NCBI GenBank assembly: GCA_964016885.1
Contig: OZ024741.1
Span: 380,556,001-380,620,000, forward strand
Direction: 5' to 3'
Source: Eledone cirrhosa
Taxonomy: Eukaryota
DNA: 64,000 nt
Shown here: positions 52,692 through 64,000 of the stretch, one piece after another
Layout: every line of letters begins with the position of its first letter
Numbering within the stretch: position 1 is the first letter of the stretch
The notes under the pieces: model-generated
Told to the model about the DNA's origin: nothing
Databases searched by the model: none
What the model saw: only the letters and a program-made list of their open reading frames with translations
Position numbers and translations under genes: made by a program

Positions 52692-53427
52692 ACTATTCTA
52701 ATAAGGTCTTTGAATTGACAGAAAATTTCATATAATGATAGATATCTATAACATTTATTTGAACATTGACAACATTTTTACTGTCACCACCCAATATCAA
52801 ACTGATTCTTCTGTTTCACAAAAGTTTGAAAGAAGAAAACTTAGTTTCTGAAAATGTTCATATATCTAATTTTGCCTCCAATTTTGCAATTAGAATCATC
52901 AATTCTCAATCATTATCCGTATCCTCTTCATTCTGATCCACACCATAATTATAATTTTTGACATCAGGACAATAATCCTTCACTTCGTCATAATCTTAAA
53001 GATCATATGCAACATCAATTATATTTTAGCTGTCATCATCGACATTATGTAAGAAATAGCTGTTAATATTGTCAAGATCATCTGCAACTAAAAGGGTTCA
53101 TACCAGAAAGGGCACGTACTGTAAAAAATTCTTTCAAAATATCCAGTTCAAACCTATCCTAGCATAGAAAGGTTGATGTAAATACTATGACAGTGATGAT
53201 GATGTTGATATGCATATTACTTTCACAAGGCAAAGGTGAATATACTTGTGTTTTGTCATGTTTAAATCTATAATGCATGTTTAGCTAACCAATGCAAAAT
53301 ATTAGCCTAACAATTTTACTCAATATTTTCCAAATATGATATTAATAATGAACAAACGTAGAAATCTATATTAGAATCAGAAATACAGTAAATATCAGTA
53401 ACGCATCTTCTATTATCAATAAAATTA

Positions 53428-53459
<32 letters not shown>

Positions 53460-55632
53460 GGTTTAGCGTCCGTGTTCCACGCTTGCATGGGTTTGGACGG
53501 GGGTTTTCCCACTTGAGGCAAGAGTGGTTGTCTTGCTCGCATAGGACTGTCTGGCGGGTTTTCTACAGTTGGATGCCCTTCCTAACACCAACCACATTTA
53601 CAGTGTGGGGCTGGGAGGTTTTTACCGTGTTGCCTACACGGCCACATTACAGCGTGGACTGTCTGGCGGGTTTTCTACAGCTGGATGCCCTTCCTAACAC
53701 CAACCACATTTACAGTGTGGGGCTGGGAGGTTTTTACCGTGTTGCCCACACGGCCACATTTACAGCGTGGACTGTGTGTTTTTTTTGTCGTGACACCTAC
53801 ACGATCTCATTTGTTTCGGCCTGGATGTTGTGGTACCAACATAACTTTACATTGAAAGGGGCGGTGTGGATGGGGTGGAGGTGGTGGGACGGGGGTGTGT
53901 TTTGATAGAGATGCCTACTGACTGTAGTAGGTTTTTACTTTGTATTTAGGTAAGGCGGGTCTTCTCTATTACTGAGTACCGCCAAAGGTCTCGGTCCAGT
54001 GACATTGTCTTGGAGAGGTGTAAGCGTGTGAGGTCGGAATTTATCAGCTCGTCCCATGTTTTTCTGGGTCTGCCTACTCCGTGGCTACCGTCTATCTTTA
54101 TTGCCCTGCACTTTGTTATACAGCTGTCGTCTTTCATGCGCATCACGTGACCGTACCAATGTAGCCTTCTCTCGAGTAAACAACATCTGATCCCTCTTAT
54201 TTCTAATTTTTTCCTTAGTTCGTTTATGCTTTGCCGTTCACGTATATTACTATTGCACATCCAGCGGAGCATGCAAGCTTCGTTCCTCTCTAGTCTGCGT
54301 ATATCCTCTGCACACATTGCCCAGGTCTCACTGCCATGCAGCATTGCTGTTCGTATGCAGGCATCGTATAACCTGCCTTTCATTTTTAGGGAGAACCCTC
54401 TAGCGGCTAATAGTGGTATAAGCTCTCTGAACTTTTTCCATCCAGTTCTGACTCTAGCTACTGTACTTTCAGAGCACCCTCCCCCACTGCTGATTTTGTC
54501 ACCCAGGTAACGGAAGCTGTCCACTATTTCTATAGAACCCTCTGCGCAGTTGAAAGAGCTAGTATTTTGTGGGCACTTGCTGCTACTTATTGCACCAGAG
54601 CACCGGCCACATGTAAAATATATGTTCTTAGTTAGCTTACCTGTGATCCCACTACATCTTTTATGCACCCATACTTTGCATTTGGGACATAAAATGGAGT
54701 TTCTACCTATGCCTTTCCTACACACTGAGCATGGCCATTTCCCAGATGGGACCGCCGCCTTATTTTCTTTCCTACAAACTAGAACTTTAGTCTTAGCCAG
54801 GTTAATTTTAAGGCCTTTTGATTCTAGGCCGTGCTTCCATGTTTGGAATTTCTTCTCTAGTTCGGTCATTGATTCAGCTATGAGCGTTAGATCATCTGCG
54901 TATAGGAGTTCCCATGGGCAGCCGGTCTTGAACTCCTCTGTTATAGCCTGAAGGGCAATAATAAATAGTAGGGGGCTAAGAACAGAGCCCTGATGGACAC
55001 CAACTTTTACGTTAAACTCTTCACTATATTCGTTGTTAATTCTAACCTTACTGACTGTTTCTTTATACATGGCTTGTATAGCTCTCACAAGCCATTCGTC
55101 AACACCTAGTTTTCTAAGAGACCACCAGATAATGGAACGGGGGACTCTGTCGAAGGCTTTCTCCAAGTCGACGAAAGCTAAGTATAGGGGTTTACTTTTA
55201 GCTAGGTACTTCTCCTGTAGTTGTCGTACAATGAAAAGAGCGTCTGTGGTACTTTTGCCTGACACAAACCCGAACTGCATTTCATCTAGATCAATTCTCT
55301 CTCTGATTAGTTGCGCTATTACTTTTTCCGTGACCTTCATGACCTGGTCGATTAATTTAATGCCTCTATAGTTACTCCTATCTAGGGCATCTCCTTTTCC
55401 CTTATAGCAGTTAACGATGATGCTGCTACGCCAGTCCTTCGGAACAACCCCATTCTGTACGACTTGGTTAACTATCCGGGTGACCATGGTGTGTCCCACC
55501 GAACCAGATGCCTTCAGCATCTCAGCAACTATTTCCGAAGGACCAGCCGCCTTACCCGTCTTCATATCTTTGATTGCCTTGCTTATTGTACTACCCTGGA
55601 CTAACACTGCTGGTCCCTCTATTGGGTCGATG
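53428..55632 (-). mobile_element. 5'-truncated RTE family B copy with open RT reading frame (53946..55607)
   Basis: Near-identical to 42785-44980; 7-bp TSD aaaatta at 53421 and 55633. Confidence 0.95.
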
Positions 55633-55879
55633 AAAATTATTTGTGGGATAGAGTTATGGCCCTTTATATTTTGTATTCAAATCTCGCTATCGTTAGCTTT
55701 GTTCATCATCCTTATGGGGTCGATAAAATAAGGTATCTGTAACACATTGGGGTCAATCTAATCAACTTCCCTCCCCCAAAATTGTTGGTTCTGTGCCTAA
55801 ATTCAAAACCAATATTTCTTTCAAACTTTGTTTAGAGAAAATTAATTATATTACCATAAAATAACATATCTTTAGATAC

Positions 55880-56660
55880 ATCATCATCATTTTCATTATC
55901 ATTTAATGTTCATTTTCTATGCTAGCATGGGTTAGATGGGTTGTCCCATTTGAGGCAAGATTGGTCAGGTGACTGTGTCTTATTCATATAGGACTGTTCC
56001 TGGCTAGGTTTCTATGGCTTCATGCCATTCCTAACGCCAACCACATTTACAGTGTTTCTAGGTGCTTTTTGTTGTGACTCCTACATGGCCACTTTACAGT
56101 GTGGGCTGGATATGTTTTGCTCTCAGTGTAAAGATTTTGTGTACATGAGTTGGTGGTTAGGGGTAGAGTGTTTAAGTGGTGACTACTAGGTGTATGTTTG
56201 AGTCTATGCACATGGGAAGGTGTGTCTTCTGTATTACTGCATAGCTCCAAATATTTTGATCCTGTGTCATTGTCTTTGAGAAATTGACATGTGCAAGGTC
56301 AGCATTTATTACCTCATCTCAAGTCTTCCTGTCTCTTTCTACTTGAAAGCTTCCATCAATTTTGATTGACCTGCACCTTTTCATGCAGCTGTCATCCTGC
56401 TTACATATCACATGATCATACTAATGCAATCTCCTCACTAACATATTGCATCTGATCCCTCTTATACCTAATTTCTCTCTTAGTTCATTTACACTTTGCC
56501 AATCATGAAACCTTCATTTCTTTCCAGCCTTCACAGTTTCTCTGAACACAGTGCAACATTGCTGATCATATACATGCATCATACAATCTTCCCTTCATTT
56601 TAAGGGAAAAAAACCTTTGTAGATAGTAGTGGTAATAACTGTCTGAACTTTCTCCTTCCC
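55880..56660 (-). mobile_element. Older diverged RTE family B fragment
   Basis: Diverged similarity to 43975-44980. Confidence 0.75.
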
Positions 56661-59120
56661 TTTCTCCATTGATTATTTCAATATGTAGAGGTTTGATTTA
56701 TGATGTTATACCTAATTTTGATGCCAGACCTAATATGCTGCTACATTTAACACAAGGTTGCTTCCTCCCTTTCTCCAACTAGTCACAAAAGTCTAATATC
56801 TGCCTCAAGCCCTGAGGTTTATTGGGCCAGTGCTTATCCCAGTTCCTCAGGTGTAAATGAGAGTAGAAGACTCCTCCCTGGACAGGATGCCAGTCCATCA
56901 CAGATTTAAACTCCTAGCAATTGTTTGTACTCATTTTCAGCTGAGTATACTAAATTAACACGAAATGTTGTTTTGCACAAGTACAACAACACACAAGTCA
57001 GTTCAGGAATCGAACCCATGACATTATGATTGCAAGTCAAAGACCCTTTACCACTATGCCAAGTGCCTCAAACTAGTCACTAAGGCCCTGCAAATATCAT
57101 GGGTTCAACATTTCATTTTTAGACTGAACAGAAATGAATGTAATAAGATAAATGCTTGAACATAAATTGATATGTGTTATATACTAAGAATTTTTGCAAG
57201 CAAATAAGGAAGTCTATTTCTTGCCTCACAACTTACTAAAAATAGCAACCAGGTCTTCCTCAAATCATTCTTACCATATGGTATAAAGGATACATGTGTT
57301 TTAGATTCACTATGTCTGAAAAAATAAATGGAATGTTATATATAGCTGAAACGTTTTGTATTATAGGTTTTCTTAGTCAAGGTTCAGTTGAAACTAAACA
57401 GTATAAGACAGCAATAATAAAGATTGAAAATCAGGTACTTCATCCTTTTTTACAATCCAAAGGGAACTATATAGATGTGTCATGTTTTTATTTACTAATT
57501 CTGAAGGAAGGATCTGTGACTAGGACTTTTGCAAGCCCTGTGAAACTAATAACATTGATCCTCTTGATATATAGTTTAAATTGTTGAGGGTCAACTCCTG
57601 CAGGAAAGACATGTGTAGGGTGAGAATTTGAGAGAGGCTATGTTTGGGAGAGAAAGGGATGGCTGTAGTGATTAGTGTGAGTCTTATATAGAGATACAAT
57701 ATGAATAATAATCAACAAGAAACAACTGAGATGGGAATGTTTGAGTGGAGGTAGCAAAATATCAGCATGTTCAGAAGAACAGACCCCATCGTAGTAGCAA
57801 TAGAAGAGGCAAAGATGTGACAGAACATCTGTGGGCCAGAGACAGGGGTGCATCTGTCAGTGACATTATGCCAATCAAACGAGTATCCTTTTCTGGATAT
57901 AGTCTAGGATGCCTTTGTGTGTGGCTGTAGCACTGTCCCAGATGTCATAGCAGTAGTCCACTATAGGTCTTACCTGACATTCGTAGAGGATCAGAAGTTG
58001 TTGAGGTTTTATGTAAGATAGGTATTTAACATAAAGATATAGAATTAATTTTAAACCCTTTACTCACCAAGTCACCAGAAACTGCTTCTTGTTTTATAAT
58101 ATGGATTATCTAATTCTAAAATATTCATATTCAAATCTAAACCTGTCATAAGAAACTTCTAGTAAGTTATGTTTCAAACACCAAATTCATAATGAAAAGA
58201 TCCAAATTTTAAAATTACTTTCAAAATGAATTGAAATACATAAGCAGTGTGTTTCATTACAAAGATGTGCTCAAAAGATTTAAAAGCGAAATGGGAGTGA
58301 GAATGTGTGATGTTCATCCATTAATTGAGAGTATTTTGCAATATAGAAAAAGAGAAAAGTAGTAGATTCAATCTAGAATTGAACATGTTATACAGACTCG
58401 ATTGGCTGAGGTCGTTTCTACTATGCACAAGTCTATAGCCTGACTTCACACCCAGCAGTTCTCTATAACATGAAAATTGGTTGAAAGTATCTATTTAATA
58501 GTTGTATAACATCTTTAGCTATAAATTCTATTAAAATCACTCATCTGTAAGATATGAAATGATTACTCTATGGTTTGATGGTACCTTGAATTAACTTGAT
58601 TCTTTGGTTGGATCTACCAACACAAATTACCTAACTATTGGAATGATTCCAAATGACAGACACACAAATACATATACACAGTCTTTGACTATTGATATAT
58701 TGTATTGAATAATGCTACCTTAAGATCTTTGTGAGCAACAATGGCACATAATAGCATTAAAGAAGAGAAACTATTAAAGAGTTTAATTAACTATCTGAAA
58801 TGATAGCTTTCGGTTAGAAAGACGGCTTAATACAGAAGAGGATAAAAACAATTGGCTTTTATATTCAATGAAAGAGATATGAACTTAAATCAGGAAATAA
58901 CGAAATCTAACAGCCCGGGTGAATAGGGATTCCATGGTAGCAGATGCAGATAGCAGAAAGAAATACAATGATACTATATATAACAACATCAAAACCTTGC
59001 TATGAGACAATGATTTATAAACAGTTCTGATGATAAGAACTGATAAAACCACATACAAGATAATATTTAATGATTGATCAAGGAAAATTATAAAGATGGA
59101 TATATTCACACACATGCACA

Positions 59121-59202
<82 letters not shown>

Positions 59203-59208
<6 letters not shown>

Positions 59209-59650
59209 CATCGTCTAACATAACTATCTTCCACGCTAGCATGGGTTAGACAGTTTTGTTCCATTTGATGTGGGAATGGTCAGGAGAGCATTTCTCGCTC
59301 TCACGGAAGCGTCTCTGGCAGGTTTTTTACAGCTGGATGCCCTTCCTAACACCAACCAGATTTACAGTGTAGACTGGGAGCCTTTTCACCGTGTCTCCTA
59401 TACGCCCACTTTACAGTGTGGACTGTTGTGTCATTGACACAGTGGACGGAATGGGAGAGGGAGGATGGTGTAGGGTGTGGCGGTGGGGTGTACATTGAGT
59501 TAAGGTGCCTACTGACTGTAGGTTTGTATGCGATGGTAGTCGGGTCTTCTGTACAACTGCATGGTGCCAAAGGTCTCGATCCAGTGTCATTGTCTTAGAG
59601 AGGTGTAGGTGGGCAAGGTCAGTTTTTATCACCTCATCCCAGGTTTTTCT
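59203..59650 (-). mobile_element. RTE family B-related 3' fragment
   Basis: [28 protein letters not shown] plus 3' UTR. Confidence 0.8.
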
Positions 59651-59763
59651 TATATATATATACATATATAAATATATATATATATACATATATATGTGTG
59701 TGTGTGTGTATATATATAAATATATATATATATACATATATATATGTGTGTGTATAGATATAA

Positions 59764-59811
<48 letters not shown>

Positions 59812-59815
<4 letters not shown>

Positions 59816-60007
59816 CGAAGGAAATGTGGTAAGGAACTAGGTGGACCATAACGCACCAAAGTACTCAATACTTAGGGTAGTAGAGTGGGTAATAGGAACG
59901 AGTAGGACCCCAACGGCTGAGCTCAAGCCGTTTCGACGGCTAATTCTGGAGTCCAGAATTAGCCGTCGAAACGGCTTGAGCTCAGCCATCGGTGTCCTAC
60001 TCATTCC

Positions 60008-60010
<3 letters not shown>
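59812..60010 (-). mobile_element. Snap-back HHR-remnant element
   Basis: Near-perfect ~58-bp-arm hairpin centred on aattctgga-g-tccagaatt; same family as 32252-32435. Confidence 0.78.
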
Positions 60011-60038
<28 letters not shown>

Positions 60039-60049
60039 ACATATATACA

Positions 60050-60086
<37 letters not shown>

Positions 60087-60297
60087 TAAATCCTGTCTTG
60101 AAGCGACTGAGAGTCGATAGTAGGGTTAAACCCCCAGCTATTGCTGTTACTCATTTTCAGCTGAGTATACTGGAGCAACATGAAATGAAGTGTTTTGCTC
60201 AAGAACACAACATAAAACCCAGGAATTGAACCTTATCAACTAGTCCAACACCCTTATCACTAGGCCATCTGATTCCACATATGTATATACACACACA

Positions 60298-60340
<43 letters not shown>

Positions 60341-60342
<2 letters not shown>

Positions 60343-60700
60343 CATCAATCATCATTTTATGTCCGCTTTTCCCTGCTTGCAAGGGTGGGACGGGAACTGA
60401 TTCAGGCGTCATTTCTACAGCTGGATGCCCTTCCTAACACCAACCTCATTTATAGTCAGTACTGGGTGCTTTTTTTCTGTGGCGCCTGCAGTGTGGGCTG
60501 GGTTCTTTTTTGCCGACCACTTTGCAGTGGAATGATAGGGACCCCAGTCCTATCGTCTCATTTCTACAGCTGAGTAAACTGGAGCAATGTGAAATAAAGT
60601 GTCTTGGTCAAGGAAACAACACATCACCCTGTCTGAGAATTGAACTCACAACCTTTCGATTGCAAGCCCAATTCTCTAACCATTAAGCCATATGCCTCTA
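60341..60700 (-). mobile_element. Full-length SINE family B
   Basis: tRNA head gaggcatatggcttaatggttagag..gagttcaattc, CORE-like centre and RTE tail. Confidence 0.88.
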
Positions 60701-60736
60701 TATATATATATATACATATTTATGTGTGTATATATA

Positions 60737-61286
60737 TCATCATCATCATCATCATCATCGTTTAACGTCCGTGTTCCACGCTTGCATGGGTTTGGACGGG
60801 GGTTTTCCCACTTGAGGCAAGAGTGATTGTCTTGCTCGCATAGGACTGTCTGGCAGGTTTTCTACAGTTGGATGCCCTTCCTAACACCAACCACATTTAC
60901 AGTGTGGGTCTGGGAGGTTTTTACCGTGTTGCCTACACGGCCACATTACAGCGTGGACTGTGTGTTTTTTTGTCGTGACACCTACACGATCTCATTTGTT
61001 TCGGCCTGGATGGTGTGGCACCAACATAACTTTACATAGAGGGGGCGGTGTGGATGGGGTGGGGGTGGTGGGACGGGGGTGTACTTTGTTAGAGATGCCT
61101 ACTGACTGTAGTAGGTTTTACTTTGTATTTAGGTAAGGCGGGTCTTCTCTATTACTGAGTACCGCCAAAGGTCTCGGTCCAGTGACATTGTCTTGGTGAG
61201 GTGTAACTGTGTGAGGTCGGAGTTTATCAGCTCGTCCCAGGTTTTTCTGGGTCTGCCTATTCCGTGGCTACCGTCTATCTTTATTG

Positions 61287-61290
<4 letters not shown>
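60737..61290 (-). mobile_element. RTE family B 3' fragment
   Basis: Matches 44310-44980. Confidence 0.9.
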
Positions 61291-61364
<74 letters not shown>

Positions 61365-61365
<1 letters not shown>

Positions 61366-62823
61366 ACGGCGATGAATTAGTTTTGCGAGGTTTTTGATAT
61401 GAAATAATATTGTCAGAATTAATAACAGAACACACTCACTGTTTGGTTGGTTTTCGTTTTTCGCTTCTGTGTCTTTTATATCGGTAATCTAATTTATTCG
61501 GTCCTCAATGTTGCCATTGACTGACCAACGGTCAAAAATAATACACATGGAATATAGACACAAACACATATATATAGTTTATCAAAGTTCTTTCGTTGCA
61601 CATCTGCAACATCGTCAGTGGTGCTATTGTTTCCTCCCGTTGCATTGTATTTTCTACGCCATCTTTATTTAGTCTGTTTATATATTTATGTATTTGTTTA
61701 TTTTATTTTGTCTTCTTTGCGCATATGTTTGCGTGCGTGTAGAGTGTTTTGTTTGATGTGTGTTCGTGATTGGGTGACTGTGTATTGGTTTATGTATTCT
61801 ATCTTTACTAGTGTGTGTTTATATGTGTTTGTTGTTATTGTGCTTGTGTATGTATTTATTTATTTATTTATCTATTTATTTATTTATACTTCTCTTAGGT
61901 CATTGTTGTTTGTTTGGGTGTTGTTGTTATTATATTCATTCTTTCTGTTTAGCCTTGGCCTTCTAAGTTCTATTTCACTGGCCTCTCTGATTTGCCAATC
62001 TGCTGGGTCATTTCTATGTTTAGATATTATTCTAATGTCTATGTTGTCTATGATACTGCCGTGTTGTTGTCTGGCATGTTCGTATAATACTGAACCGTTT
62101 TTTCGTCCTTTTAGTTCCCCCAGTGTTGGTCTATCCTTTCACCTATGCTACGAGCTGTCTCGCCTATGTATGTTGTTGTCATGTTTCTGCAAGTTCCCTG
62201 TGTACATCTTATGCTATAGACTACGTTTCTAGTTTTACAGTTTATCCGGGGCTTTACCTTACATATGATACATTTCCTATTAGTACAGTGGGTTTTCTTA
62301 AAAGGGTAGGTTTTTCTGATCAGGGATTTTATGGTGGTTCCTGGCTTTTCTACCACCTTAATCTTTAAGTGGGTCTTTCTCAGGGCCTTTCTACACTGGT
62401 TAGCTAATTTCCCTCCAGGGGTAGCGTCCACAAACATGACACTCTGGTATCTCTGGTTGTCGTACCATGAGGTGGCTTTCCCTATCTTTTGTCTAGCCCT
62501 ATCTAAGCTATTCCATGATTTGCTCCTGTATAATGGGCAAATTCCTTTCCTGTCCAGTTCTATGAGGGTCTTATACTTCTCCATGGCTCCTTCGTATACT
62601 CTGACTCTGTGTCTTTGGTTGTAGCCAGAGAACTGCATGCGGTTGATGAAGTGTTGGATGTGTCTTTCTATTTCATGGTCAGTCAATGGCAACATTGAGG
62701 ACCGAATAAATTAGATTACCGATATAAAAGACACAGAAGAAAAAAGCGAAAACCAACCAAACAGTGAGTGTGTTCTGTTATTAATTCTGGCAATATTACA
62801 CAAATATGACCCTCCCCAAGTAT

Positions 62824-62830
<7 letters not shown>
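61365..62830 (-). mobile_element. 5'-truncated Penelope-like element (GIY-YIG) with HHR at 61581-61622 and inverted pLTR arm ~62676-62830
   Basis: ORF 62111..62695: CTNRKCIIC..CKTRNVVYSIRC..YIGETARSIGERIDQH. HHR CTGACGA-t-gttgca-gatg-tgcaac-GAAA-gaac-TT. Flanked by (TA)n. Confidence 0.88.
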
Positions 62831-62862
<32 letters not shown>

Positions 62863-63580
62863 TATATAGATATACATATATATATATACATTATCATCAT
62901 CCTCATCATCATCATCAGCATTGTATATATATATAAAGCTCGGTGAGAAAAAGCATTTGCTTTCAAAACAAAAGGCTACTCTTGGATTGCATGAATAAAT
63001 GAACACCAATGAACATGATCATTATCAGTAACATCATCATCATCATCATTATTAGCTTAGTTTTCAGATTATCTATCTCTTTTATCCTCCATCTTGCTCT
63101 CCTCACATTCATCCACATCTTTATCCTTACCTTCATCACTATTCTGAACAAGCTGAGGCTTACACCATAGATAAGAAATAGAGAAAATAACTGAAATCAA
63201 ATAAACACAAAAATAAAGGCTAAAAAATGATTGCTAAATAAAAGGAAAAAAAGGTAAAACAAATGACAATGAAATACAAGACAGTGTCTATGATTGGAGA
63301 AGAAATATATTTGCAGATATCCATCTTTTGATGTAGCCAGTAAAGAGACTGCTGCAAAATGACTAAAATATTACTGCAATATAATTACGAAATCAATAGA
63401 TTCTAACCTAAAATCACTATGCAGCCCTACATTTTGATAGCAATATTTCTAATACTATACAGAGGTTCAATATTTTATAAATACTTATATATATATAAGT
63501 AGGTTACACTTACACCTCCATAGAGGCCTACATACACACACACACACACACAGATATATATATATATATAGAGAGAGAGA

Positions 63581-64000
63581 ATTAGTATATCTACCAACAT
63601 ATGTATACAGATGTATACACATGCTAGCAAATATATATGTTATGTCTTAGTACCTTTGTGGTTCTATGCAGGGGGATGCAGAACAATTATATGAAAGACG
63701 TAAAATAAGAAAATTTTAAAAATTAAAAATTAACTTACTTACTAAAATTTAGAATTTGCCACTGACCAAGTAGGCAGTGAATGTTTTCAGTGCCCTGGAA
63801 TTTAGTCCCCGCTAGCTTTATTCCATCCACTGAATTATTATTTTTATATTGGTTCCTAGTGTCCGCGCATTGCCTGGGAACTTAGCTGAGAATAGACTCC
63901 CTGATGACGTAAGGACTTCTCTATAGTTGCATTACGTAACTATATTTATTCCCTTACAGAAACTAATTAGTTGGATTGAAAATTTTAGTAAGTAAGTTAA
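63581..64000. mobile_element. Second locus of the ~530-nt HHR element, head-to-head arms (63581-63750 -, 63751-64000 +); HHR at 63897-63976
   Basis: ctcc-CTGATGA-cgtaagg..ccttaca-GAAA-ctaattag-TT-gga; runs off the window end. Confidence 0.85.

Noticed and set aside
60625-60700. tRNA gene
   Set aside because: SINE head with no complete cloverleaf, continuing into the SINE body.
61618-62232. 204-aa hydrophobic ORF (also 20416..21102)
   Set aside because: Antisense of an AC-rich PLE 3' UTR; compositional artefact.

Overview
AT-rich, microsatellite-dense animal genomic DNA with no convincing host protein-coding exon. The repeat repertoire (RTE LINEs with (ATG)n tails, tRNA-derived SINEs, abundant (TA)n) resembles octopus/cephalopod DNA; that assignment is inference. 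Main coding elements: a near-intact RTE LINE (~40960-44980; APE + RT with an embedded PHD-type zinc finger), a 5'-truncated inverted sister copy, a near-full Penelope-like element of probable Naiad type (RT + GIY-YIG, pLTRs), other PLE, CRE-like and R4-like fragments, two SINE families and several MITE-like palindromes. The most notable signal is non-coding: about 20 hammerhead ribozyme (HHR) motifs from roughly 11 unrelated sequence families. They include (i) a 472-bp non-coding tandem unit with one minimal HHR per unit, arranged as a head-to-head palindrome (25121-27388), (ii) a ~530-nt HHR unit whose copies close into a circular map (30961-31703, 63581-64000), (iii) core-variant HHRs (U4A and U3-A8), and (iv) snap-back hairpins centred on HHR stem II. 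Most are inserted at (TA)n tracts with an inverted 5' arm, consistent with a diverse retrozyme/PLE-parasite system. Coordinates and pairings were read by eye; element boundaries are approximate.
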